This document shows positions 26,742-39,516 of a DNA stretch of 64,000 bases, in pieces. The stretch is taken from assembly GCF_001194135.2 (NCBI RefSeq), contig NC_068982.1:85915764-85979763 (forward strand), in the 5' to 3' direction. Position 1 is the stretch's first letter, and every line of letters starts with the position of its first letter. The position numbers and the translations under genes are program-made. The notes below the pieces were generated by a model. That model was not told the DNA's origin, made no database searches, and worked only from the letters and a program-made list of their open reading frames with translations. The DNA comes from Octopus bimaculoides (taxonomy: Eukaryota).

Positions 26742-27932
26742 AAAAAAAGAAGCTTTCAATGAAACAAGTGTGGTGGAGGTATTTTATGGAGTATTAAAAT
26801 TTAATGTCTTTTCTTTCTAAAGTTATGCAAGTCTAAGCTGAGAATCTGAAACAAGGTTTCTGACAGTGAAAGGATGACAAACTTCTTGAATCTTAACATG
26901 ACCTTTAAGAAATTATATTCCAATATACAACAACAGTATAATCAATTTAAATGGTTTAGCAATAGTTGAAGGCTTTATCAAAGTTTATGAAATTGTACTT
27001 GGTTTATTAAAATAAACATTTACAAGAACTATACTATTTAAAAAAAAAAATACACATTCATTCAAACAATAAAAGACTGGAGATGGATTGCAAAATTTTG
27101 TTATAATTATATTTTACAGTGTTTTGTGTCATCCAGGGATGTCATCACCCAAACCACAGATCAATGAAAGGTACTAGTTGCTTTAACAAAAAGGAATTCC
27201 ACTTATAATACAAAGGAACTCCAAAGATACAAAGAGTTGCAATACCATCACTTTTTAAGATAATGATAATCTGCAGTAAAAGTAAGGGTGCTTAACTACT
27301 TCATCATAAAGCAAATATATCATAGGGTTATTAAAATATCAGTGCCATGATATTTTCCTTCCAACTAATTTATTTTGTCACTGATAATTGATGACATCAT
27401 ATTTTAGAGGCTGACTCTAATATCTAAAGCTATCTCTTCGTATTCAACTGTGCCTGTTATTTCCTTTCATTAAAAGCTGTTTACATAAAAAAAAAAACAT
27501 GCGTGTGAATGCATGAACATGCATATATTAAAAAGAATAAACTTCAGTCAAAAGCCAAAAATTACAAGATTAATAAAAAAAAATTGAAATGAATTATATT
27601 TTTATGTATTTCACTAACAAATTGCTAGCTTTCCTCATACACATATAAATAACAATATAGTATTACTCTTATTAAAATATTTGCTAAATGTACCAGCTCA
27701 AAAAGTAAAAGAAACTAGTACAATACTTTATTATTATTACCTGCGCATCTTTAAATTTCTTATAATTATGGCTGTGTTTCATTCCCCTTGGAAACAAAAA
27801 ATTGTTTATATAGTTTGAAACTTTATAATGTTCATAACAGGACATTTTAAAATGATATTATTTGGATAATCTACTAAGATCAATTCCCTTTAGAAATAAT
27901 CTTAGTAGATCTATCACTGACTATTCTTCATT

Positions 27933-27948
27933 GAGAGGGAGAGAGAGA

Positions 27949-27998
<50 letters not shown>
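27933..27998. repeat. (GA)n microsatellite
   Basis: Seen directly. A second tract lies at 28440-28516. Confidence 0.97.
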
Positions 27999-28001
<3 letters not shown>

Positions 28002-28435
28002 CTTACCTGATCATTATCAAGATGTAGTTACACTTAAATTTAACACATACATATAGACAATGTTGATAGATAGAGAGAAATAACATCATTATCCCAAACC
28101 ATTTGAAACTTTGAAACATTACAGACACTGCAATCTTGCTTACTCTTGAAATCAACATTGATGTTGATTTACAATAACTTCAACACAGAATACTTAGTAA
28201 AAATAATTAAGATTTTTGATTTGGTGTGCATCTTCATTAGTTTAATAACTCCTGAAAAAATGTATAGAGCAATCAAATTTATTGTAAAGATAAACAGTCA
28301 ATAGTTTCTAGAATTGCAAACACTTTATGAACAGAAATACAATAACCTTTTATATTCTGCTATTATGTTTTCATAATAATAATAATGTGATTGCTCATAA
28401 CCTGTTAAAATGTGTGTGAATGTGCATGCATGCTC

Positions 28436-28500
<65 letters not shown>

Positions 28501-29965
28501 AGAGAGAGAGAGAGAGTAAAATAACAAGAAATGACTGAAATAAATTAGCATGTTAATGATGCTAAATTTGAAAAAAAATTCCTTCATAAGATTTTTAAAA
28601 TTTTAATTTGTTTATATTTTAGTGAATGTATTGCCAATATAACTTCTATGGAATAGCACAAAATATTTCAATAATTATTAAAAAATAATGAACATTAATG
28701 TGTGCAATGCAATATTCTATCATCTTTGGACAATATTCCAATATATTCTCATCTATAAGAAAAAAAAAATTATCCATGATACATGCATGTAAAATAAAAA
28801 AGAGAATTAACAAAATGCATACAGTTATGAAGCAAACAAAGCATTCAGAATAAAAACAGATTAAAAATGTATTGCTAATATTTATTTTGAGAAAACTGAT
28901 AAAACAAACACTTCTACTTTTGATATTTAACTCCAACCCTAGTTTAAAATTCATTTTCCATATTAATATCAGAGAAATGATTTTGACAAATTTAGAAACT
29001 GCAAACTGCTACTCTTTCTGCAACTAACAAAATTGTGAAGTAAAAATGAAACTTGTTTGTTATTACCCATATGGACCAAAGGAAACAGTTATGAAAGGCT
29101 TTGAATTGATAATCATACAGTTAACAGCACAGCAATTTAATTTCCTAAATAAATGATTGATATTACTTTAACTCCAAGTCAAAAAATACAGATAAGTTTA
29201 TCAGTTGAATAAGCTAGTTACCAATGATTTTCAGTTATATTTTCAGTTTATATTACTACAGTTATTTAATAGATAAAGTGAAAAATATTTTAAAAATAGT
29301 TAAATAGAATATCTTGAATACTTTTTGTTTCTTAAATTGTAGAATAAGAACTGTACCTAAAGCCTTTTTAGTTCTTCATAAATTAGTGGATCAAGTGTAT
29401 AATGTTATGGCAGTTACTTCACTTGAATTTCTGTTGTTTTCTAAAACTGAAGCGATGAAGCAGTGCTCATAACCATTTGTGACCCTCTCTCTAAATCAAG
29501 GAAAAATGGCATATGGTTACTGGTAGCTTGAATTCTTACAGATTGGATGAGAAAAAAGCTCCAGAGAAATGTGGAAGAATTGAAAATCTACTTGCCATGA
29601 AAAATGAGATAGTAAGATGGGACAGGATTGATTAGGTTTAGATAAGAGTGAATACTGTTACTAGTTTGCAGAAAAGAGATTCTATTAAAGTAGTAACAGA
29701 AAAGTAGTTAACAAAAAGACCTGCCTAGTACAAAGGATTTTTAAACACAGACAATATCCTAGATATGTAAGCATTATTCCTATGTAAGATATATATGTGG
29801 CTTGTTAGTAGCTGAGCCCCAAAAGAAATTTTATGGTGTAATCTTGATGAAGTAGAGAATGAGAGATTATTATGAAAAAGTGGTATAAACAGTTAAGCCC
29901 ATCATATTCAAGGTGTGGGAAAATCTGAGATGTCTACACTTGCTTTCTAGAATACAATGGCATAC

Positions 29966-30005
29966 CCGAGTTTTCTTGATATTTGTTATTCCAAGTCGTA
30001 TAAAA
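29966..30005 (-). CDS. Candidate 40-nt micro-exon (FYTTWNNKYQENS or FIRLGITNIKKTR)
   Basis: cattatctcag| ... CGG|gtatgc, with two frames open. Support is weak. Confidence 0.25.
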
Positions 30006-30054
30006 CTGAGATAATGTTTAGTATAGGAGTCACTGCATAAACTAAATATGCTAG

Positions 30055-30245
30055 ATAGGTGCAGGTGTGGCTCTGTGGTAAGAATAGGCACAAGCGTGGC
30101 TGTGTGGTAAGAAGCTTGCTTCCCAACCACATGGTTCTGGGTTCAGTCCCTCTGTGTGACACCTTGGGTAAGTGTCTTCTACTATAGCTTCAGGCCAACC
30201 AAAGCCTTGTGAGTGGACATGGTAGATGGAGACTGAAAGGAGCCT
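30055..30245 (+). mobile_element. tRNA-derived SINE with duplicated 5' head
   Basis: GGTGCAGGTGTGGCTCTGTGGTAAG is followed directly by GGCACAAGCGTGGCTGTGTGGTAAG, then the standard body. Confidence 0.85.
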
Positions 30246-30284
30246 GTTGTGTTTTGTCATCGTCATTGCCGTCGCTGTCGTCGT

Positions 30285-31060
30285 CATCATCATCATCATC
30301 ATCATCGTTTAACGACCATTTCCATGATGGTCTGACTGAGGTCTGGAAAGCCAGCAGCTGCACCAGGTTCCAATCTGATTTGGCAATATTTCTACAGCTG
30401 GATACCCTTCCTAATGCCAATCACTCCGAGAGTGTAGTGGGTGCTTTTAATGTGGTTACGGCACAGGAACCAGTCATGCAGACCTGGTATCGATGACGTT
30501 CAGATAGTGCTTTTATGTGCTACTGGTACAGGAGCCAGTCAGGGGATACTTTTAAATGAGCCGAACATGCAACACTGGCATCAGCCATGGCCACGATCTC
30601 ACTTTAGTTGTTGGGTCTGCTCAATCATAGCATATCTCCAAAGATCTCAGTCTCCCGTCATTGCGTCTGTGAGGCCCAACATTTGAAGGTCATGCTTCAC
30701 CACTTCATCCCATGTCTTCCTGAGTCTACCTCTACCACAGGTTCCTTTCACTGTTAAGGTGTGACACTTTTTCACACAGCTGTCCTCATCCACATGTAAC
30801 ACATAACCATACTAGCACAGTCATCTCTCTTGGACACCACATTTGATGCTTCTTATGTCCAACTTTTCTCTCAGGGTGCTCACACTGTCGTGTATGCACA
30901 CTGACATTACAAATCCAGTAGATCATACTAGCTTTATTTCTTTCAAGCCTACACCGTCCTCAGCAGTCATGGCCCATGTTTCATTGCCATGTAGTATGGC
31001 AGTTCACGCACATGCATCATACAGTCTACCTTCCATTCTGAGCGAGAGGCCCTTAGTTGT
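30285..31060 (-). mobile_element. RTE LINE 3' fragment
   Basis: Same ORF2 C-terminus and 3' UTR as 18540-19500 and 55735-57325, with a (CAT)n tail. Confidence 0.9.
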
Positions 31061-34000
31061 CAGAGCTCTTTTAAAGATGATTATTGACTTGACCAGTTTC
31101 ACTTTTTTAAAAAAAGACTTTCAACAGTAAAATGTAAGCCTTTGTGGTGTTAAAAAATGGTTTGCATAGATGTATTAAAATACAGTGATAGAGTCTTTAA
31201 CAATGATAAGAAAATGTTAAGAAATAGAATCCTGTCAATGCTTTCCCCCACCAACCAACCTCCCATACTATTTTTTAAAATAGCAACCATCCTTGCCAAA
31301 CACACATACAAGACTGGAAATAAAGAAAAAAAAGTTGGTCATTCCCCATAAATTCTATATAAATACTTAAATATGATTTCTGATGAAGTTTGACTAAGCA
31401 ATATATGCTTTCTTCTCTCAAATACTGTCTACAAATTCTTTCTGAATATATGCTTATATACAATCAAAATTTTTGATGAACTTTTATGAATCTATTTTAC
31501 TACCTATTTTGAACACCTTTATGTAAACTGTTTAAACACAAAACCNNNNNNNNNNNNNNNNNNNNNNNNNNNNNNNNNNNNNNNNNNNNNNNNNNNNNNN
31601 NNNNNNNNNNNNNNNNNNNNNNNNNNNNNNNNNNNNNNNNNNNNNNNNNNNNNNNNNNNNNNNNNNNNNNNNNNNNNNNNNNNNNNNNNNNNNNNNNNNN
31701 NNNNATCTTTTTTTTAAAAAGTGAAACTGGTCAAGTCAATAAACATCTTTGAAAGACCTCTGCATTTTGAAATCCTCCTCCCTGTATATTTTCACTCATG
31801 CGGAACCATCCAATTTTACTTTGTTATACATATCCACCACATGATGCCCGAAAATGCCACCAAAGTCACAACAAACTGAAAACTCATTGAACCAAAGTAT
31901 AAGTATCTTAGAAGAATTACAGTAAATTTCCTCCAAACTTTAAACCCTGGCTAACAAAGTTGAGCAGTCACATTTCTACCTAAATGGACTCCTGGAAGAT
32001 AAAACAGTTAACCAAACACCTGACATTATCCCAACACTAAATGAACTAACCAAAACCATTGAGACAACAATGCTCCAAAAGTAAGAACATACAACAGATT
32101 GTTACTCAATAAAAAACACACTAAACGATGTTTGGATTAAAAACCTCACATCATGCAAGTTTGCTTTTTGGAACTTCATAAAAAATAGTAACAAAGCAGA
32201 CCTTTATAAAAAGTGGCTCAACTCTACCCCAAACATCCCAAAAAACTCCAAATAAAACCCATCAGAATAACTAGAAAACCAACAAAGACTCAGGGAAAAA
32301 TTGGCCTTAGAAAAATTCAAAATGGAAATAGAATTGTTACAGCTAAGAGCCAACTCCAACAAGGAAAAATTCAAGGCACTTGATAACAAACTGGAAACTG
32401 AAATTTCAAAATGCTGTGAAGGCGCACTCCTTGATAGAACCACCAAACTTTGGAGAAAAAACTGTGAGGATGAAGAACTAACATCTCTCCAATGATGGGA
32501 AAAAATACCACCTGGTTCACCAATTATGAAATGGATTTTAAAAGCAAACATCATAAAAGCAACCCATATTTGAAAAAAATTAAAACTCACACACCTCACC
32601 TACAACAAACAAAACAAAATGCAAAACATCAAACACACACCACGTCAAACTTTGACAATAATAACAGAACTTACAGACAACACTATAACCTTACCAAAAG
32701 AACCCAGGCACCCTCCAACCCAAGACAAGACAAGACTTTACCCGACACCATAGATTCTAACCCACACAGGAGTCGTTCCAAAATCATAGATCCCACCCAA
32801 CACATAGGAATTCATTTCTAAACCACGACCGTAGGTTTCAACCTACACTAAGGAACCAAAATTACATCCATCACTAACAACCCAGATCCAGGAATATCCA
32901 AAACTTCCTTAGAAGGCCACACAATAATGGGGGAAATGCTAGTATACACCGAAATACCAGAGACAGAAGAACCTCCAGAAATCATTTTTTAGGCCAAGGC
33001 AACAGAATCCATGACACCAGATGGTACATACCAACCCTGAAACCAAAAATAGTGAATCTTTCAAGGCTAATCCTATCAACCTAACAAATTAAAATCCTTT
33101 CAAAGGGATTGAAATTCACTCCAACACCACAATATGCTAACCTCAATGAAATACAAGATGATATCTCACACTTCTGTAGAAAATTATGCTTCACAGAAGA
33201 ATTTTTCGACAAGGAAAATAACGATGAATCAATGGTATGCAATAAAAGCAATTACAATCCTATAAAAGGCAGGAACAACATTCTGTGACTACATATCAAA
33301 CTTCTCTTATAGTGAACTACCACAACCTAAATCCAGATCGAATACCAATAAAAGGGAATGGGAAATCATCCACGAGTTACAAAACAATCATGACGTCACA
33401 ATCAAGGAAGCAGAGAAAGGTAGTACTGTCATAATTATGGACACAGAACAATACAAAAACTCTCTATCTCACCCCTTACAAGATACTACCTACTATGAAA
33501 GAGTAGTCAACTACCAACACTCAAAAACGATGTCCAAATTAAACACACTCATTTGCCAACATCAAAATAACCTAATAACAAAGGAATGTGACTACTTAAC
33601 AAATTTTGATTGCAAACCTAGCAACCTCTATGGGCTTCCGAAAATCCACAAGAGCAAAATAATTACTGAAGCTTGCAAAAAGTCCACCTCAACCTGCATC
33701 ACTGTATCACACCCCNNNNNNNNNNGAAGCTTGCAAAAAGTCCACCTCAACCTGCATCACTGTATCACACCCCACTGATCTCAAACTGAGGCCAATTGTG
33801 GCAGGTCCAAACTGTGAAACACACAGATTAAGCAACTTCATTGATATACTCTTAAAACCAATACTTAAACACATACTAAGTATTGTAAGAGATGACCTGG
33901 ACCTCCCAAACCACCTCCCCAAACATGTCAATAAAGACATTCTCATCGTCTCTTTTGATGTGATAAACCTTTATACTACGATTCCACATCAATACTGACT

Positions 34001-35339
34001 AGAAACTATTAAATTCTGGCTAGAAAAATACCTCAATGAGGTCCTGGAAAGAATAAAAAAAAAGAATTTATCATCGACGGCATTAAGTTTATCCTCCAAA
34101 ACAACTTTTAAAATTTTAATAATAATACCTACAAACGGGTATCAGGGACTGCGATGGGCACTAAAGTTGCCTCAACTTATGCCAATCTGGTGATGGCCTA
34201 CCAGGAAATACAAATATATGAACAATCCAAATTAAAATACAGCCTGTCTTTCCACAAATATCTGTTGGAGAACTGGAAACACCACTTGGATGACTGCTTC
34301 ATTCTATAGTCTCATACATTCGATCAACTCAATGCATTCAAAAATTTAATCAACAGCATCAACAACCATATACAATTTACAATGGAATATAGTCAAAACC
34401 AACTCCCATTTCTAGACATTCTTATAATAAAAAAAGGCATCAACATTGAAACTGATATCCACTACAAACAATACCTCCTGTTCACCTCCAATCACTCAAA
34501 GCACATGAAGACAAACATCCCCTTCAATCTAGTGAGAAGAATCTGTATAATTGTCTCAAAAATTATGTAATGTGAAATAAAAGACTCCAAGAACTAAAGG
34601 AAATTCTTCTCGAAAGACAGTACCCAGCATTATTAGTTGACAATGGAATAGAATGGGACAAGACAATCGATATCCAAGACTTACGAAAACCGAAACACAC
34701 TCAAGGTACATTCAATAGTCTCCTATATCTCTCAACACACAATCCAAGAAATACAGAAACTTACACGATTATATACAAGAACACCCCACTACTGAGTCAA
34801 GACCCACATTTAAAAAAAGCACTTGAAACCCATAAAATAATAAAAAGCAAGAGACAACCCAAATCCCTAAAAGACTTACTTACCAGTGCAAAATTACCCA
34901 ATACAAGCCCAATACTCACCGTCAAAAATGTGGTCGCTCTAATTGCAGGACCTGCATCCACCTCATTGAAGGAACACTATATAAATTCCAATCAGGACAT
35001 ACTTTTGTTGTAAAAAATAACTTCACCTGTGCATCAAAAAATTTACTTTATGCCATTAGGTGTGAAGGGTGCCACAAACACTACATAGAGCAAACTAGTC
35101 TTACCCTCAGAGATAGGATGACAGTCCACCGCCAACAATTGAGGGATCCCACCACAAGACAGATACCACTTAGATCTCTGTGCACAAAATAAGTCCTCCA
35201 AATTCCTAGTTTTCCCACTGTACCAGTGCCCAGACAGCACCACTGACCAAACACGGATAAAATATCCTTATTCAAAAATACAGACCACAACTCAACATAC
35301 ACTAACATCTCAAAAAATATACTTGAACTGCTGACACAT

Positions 35340-36320
35340 AAACACAATACCCCTATCCCTCAGGTATACATCCACAACAAACACATACACAAATACAATG
35401 CAAACCCTCATACACACATGCACAAACACAATATCCCCACTCTCGAGCACAAATACACACATATTCCAAGAAAAAACACTCACATATACACAAGCAATAT
35501 GATTCTAGCAATCACAATAAACAGACACACACACATACAGACACGTATATGCACACACTTACACACACCAACCTCACAATTACAAGACACACTCACACAA
35601 ACACACCCACACATACACACACAAATAGAATACAACCCACCCACACAGACACAAACACAATATGCCCATTCCCAGTGAAACAACACACACTCAAGAAAGA
35701 ACACACAGATATACACACGCAATACAATTCCAACAAACACACGAACACACACACACACAAGCATGTACACACACACAATAACACACCACCCTGACAAATA
35801 CAAGATGCACTCACATAAACACACCCACACTGCACAAGCAATACAAATAAAATACTCAGAAAAATACACCCACACATATGCACACACCATACAGAAAAAT
35901 AACATACACACACACACGCATGCACACGTACACACACTTCACCACAACAAATATAGCCACACCCACATATACACATACAAATGCATACTCAGTACAAACA
36001 TGCACAGTACGTACACGCACACACATACACATCACCTTGATAAACATAACGCACACATGGTCACACACAGAGCCCCTGACAAATACAACACACTGACACA
36101 CGCATACACACTCACACACATACATATGCACAGCCATACACACATACGTATGCACACACACCCAAAAAATTATAACACGACAAACATACACACAGAGAGA
36201 CACACACACATATACTCATGTGCACGCACACACTACCTTGGCCGACACAACACACACAAGCACATATATATATACACACACACAGAACCGTGCACACATA
36301 CACACACACTCACACAATCT
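35340..36320 (+). repeat. About 1-kb degenerate (CA)-rich tract
   Basis: Continuous ACAC/ATAC-rich sequence between the PLE endonuclease and the 3' pLTR. Confidence 0.9.
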
Positions 36321-37735
36321 TGAACTCTAAGACCAGTCCAAAAACCACTGAACCATGACAGATTAGCCCAGAAACAAAAAAAAATCCTTTTGATTCCACA
36401 GATCAGATCCTGTCAATGCTTTCCCCTACCAACCAACCTCCCACACTGTTTCTAAAAATAGTAACCATCCTTGCCAAACACACATACAAGACTGGAGATG
36501 AAGAAAAAAGGTTGGTCATTCCCCTAAAATTCTGTATAATACTTAAATATGATTTCTGATGAAGTTTTGACTAAGTAATACATGCTTTTTCCTATCAAAT
36601 ACTGTCTACAAATTCTTTCTGTATATATCTTATCTTATCTTAAAATATAAATCTGAAGTTGTGTCTGTGTGAAGCCCTTTTAAAAGTTTATNNNNNNNNN
36701 NNNNNNNNNNNNNNNNNNNNNNNNNNNNNNNNNNNNNNNNNNNNNNNNNNNNNNNNNNNNNNNNNNNNNNNNNNNNNNNNNNNNNNNNNNNNNNNNNNNN
36801 NNNNNNNNNNNNNNNNNNNNNNNNNNNNNNNNNNNNNNNNNNNNNNNNNNNNNNNNNNNNNNNNNNNNNNNNNNNNNNNNNNNNNNNNNNNNNNNNNNNN
36901 NNNNNNNNNNNNNNNNNNNNNNNNNNNNNNNNNNNNNNNNNNNNNNNNNNNNNNNNNNNNNNNNNNNNNNNNNNNNNNNNNNNNNNNNNNNNNNNNNNNN
37001 NNNNNNNNNNNNNNNNNNNNNNNNNNNNNNNNNNNNNNNNNNNNNNNNNNNNNNNNNNNNNNNNNNNNNNNNNNNNNNNNNNNNNNNNNNNNNNNNNNNN
37101 NNNNNNNNNNNNNNNNNNNNNNNNNNNNNNNNNNNNNNNNNNNNNNNNNNNNNNNNNNNNNNNNNNNNNNNNNNNNNNNNNNNNNNNNNNNNNNNNNNNN
37201 NNNNNNNNNNNNNNNNNNNNNNNNNNNNNNNNNNNNNNNNNNNNNNNNNNNNNNNNNNNNNNNNNNNNNNNNNNNNNNNNNNNNNNNNNNNNNNNNNNNN
37301 NNNNNNNNNNGGGGGTGGGAGACAATTTTCGGAAATTCCACTTAAATTCCTTTTAACTTCCAGGAAAATGAATATTTTTTCGTGAACTTTTCTACAAATA
37401 TACCTTGATGTATGTACATTTCGAGCATGTAGAAATTTTGAAGGAAACAACTGCAGGTTATTTTTGAGAAGTGTTCCCCACTCGGTGGTGTTTCGGAGCA
37501 AGTCGTCCATATTTGTTTCATTTTTCTCTATTATGTGCGTAAGTGCATCCATAGATTTCTAATGAAGTAATAGGCAGTGAAGAGAAGCAGTCATAAGAAA
37601 ACTTTTAGCTACTTCTATTCCTTTCTCCCCCTCTCTCCACCTCTTCCTCTCTCGCTCTCTCAAACACATACACGTGCAAGTACACAATCATTCAGTAAAA
37701 TATAACTCATGTTCGTCAATGTTTTGTAAACATAC

Positions 37736-37855
37736 CACGATTTTCACTAGAGTGTTAGGGTTAGGGTTTTAGAGTCAGGGTTAGGGGTTAGGGTTAGGGT
37801 TCAGGTTTAAGGTTAGTGTTAGGATTAGGTTTAGGATTAGAGTTGGGTAATCGTG
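37736..37855 (+). repeat. Degenerate interstitial (TTAGGG)n array, copy 1
   Basis: TTAGGG/TTAGG variants between CACGATT and AATCGTG. Confidence 0.9.
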
Positions 37856-39289
37856 AGGGTGTTAATCTCAAAAAATACAGATATGTGAAAAGTACCGACC
37901 CTGCCATCTATTATAACTCTTGTTGTTCTGTTTAATATATACATAGATTATGCCTCCAAAGAAGAGAGTTTGCTGGTGAAAGACAGCAACCAGTTTAAAA
38001 TGACAGCAACAGACTGCAGCAATTCACCACATTCCAGAAGCTACTTTGAACATAATGCAAAATAGTGCATCAACATCTTCTTCCCAATCTGATAGAATTC
38101 TGGCAAAACTGTATAGCAACAGATCGCCAGCAATTGCTTCATCACAAATTGCCATCGTAGCTCCTGCGAAAAAGGATTACCCTGCTATGTATAATCAGGG
38201 CAGCGCAAAAAGTTGTTTTGCACAGGCATTTCTATAGCCAATTAGATAGATGAAATTTACATATGCTTAATAATTTTACGCAAAACAGCCTTCAGACTTT
38301 CCCTATTAATNNNNNNNNNNNNNNNNNNNNNNNNNNNNNNNNNNNNNNNNNNNNNNNNNNNNNNNNNNNNNNNNNNNNNNNNNNNNNNNNNNNNNNNNNN
38401 NNNNNNNNNNNNNNNNNNNNNNNNNNNNNNNNNNNNNNNNNNNNNNNNNNNNNNNNNNNNNNNNNNNNNNNNNNNNNNNNNNNNNNNNNNNNNNNNNNNN
38501 NNNNNNNNNNNNNNNNNNNNNNNNNNNNNNNNNNNNNNNNNNNNNNNNNNNNNNNNNNNNNNNNNNNNNNNNNNNNNNNNNNNNNNNNNNNNNNNNNNNN
38601 NNNNNNNNNNNNNNNNNNNNNNNNNNNNNNNNNNNNNNNNNNNNNNNNNNNNNNNNNNNNNNNNNNNNNNNNNNNNNNNNNNNNNNNNNNNNNNNNNNNN
38701 NNNNNNNNNNNNNACCTGTACCCGCGTTCTTCCACATCAATCACGCGCTCAACATATAATATACAGAGTAAGAGTAAAAGAGGGAGAGAGAGAGAGAGAG
38801 AGAAAGTGATACATACAAAGTCATAGATTAACTTTGTTTAAGACCTTTTCACTCTTACTTCTTCCTCTCTCCCATTTAATAGCTTTCTTCTATCCCTCTA
38901 CCTCTAACATATTTTTCATAACATAGAAATGTAAAAACACACACAACCATAATATGTGATCTGTGACAACAACATACACATAAATACATACAAACATCAA
39001 CATTATAGATATAAGATTTAGTTTGTGTGTTTCTTATATAAACACATGCACGCATTGTTATATTATAACTGTCTTCCGTTCTCCCTTCCTCTCTTTTTCT
39101 CTCTTCATTGCTCCCATTCTCTATTCCTTTCTCCCCCTCTCTCTCTTCCTCTCTCCCTCTTCTCTCTCAAATGCATACACGTGCACGTACACACAAGCAT
39201 TCACTACAATATAACTCATGTTTGTCAATGTTTTGTAAATATATAAACTACAGAGCTGATGTAGAAAGGACAACAAACTGCAAAATGTG

Positions 39290-39516
39290 GGTAATTTTTC
39301 AGATTAACACCTGCACGATTTTCACTAGGGTTTTAGGTCAGGGTTAGGGTTTTAGGGTTTTAGGGTTACGGTTAGGGTTAGGGTTAGGGTTAGGATTAGG
39401 GTTAGTGTTACAGTTATGATTTTAGGGTCACGGTTAGGGTTTTAAGGTTAGGGTTAGGTCTAGGGTTTTAGGGTTAGGGTTAGGTAATCGTGCAGGTGTT
39501 AATCTGAAAAATTACC
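39290..39516 (+). repeat. Degenerate (TTAGGG)n array bracketed by perfect 31-bp inverted repeats, copy 2
   Basis: GGTAATTTTTCAGATTAACACCTGCACGATT (39290-39320) and its reverse complement (39486-39516). Confidence 0.93.

Noticed and set aside
31380-31400. CTGATGA in the Neptune pLTR (also 36556)
   Set aside because: It is followed by ACTAAG rather than GAAA in both copies, with no stem III or stem I.
37736-39485. TTAGGG arrays as a chromosome end or fusion site
   Set aside because: They are short, degenerate, all one orientation and embedded in a duplicated transposon unit.
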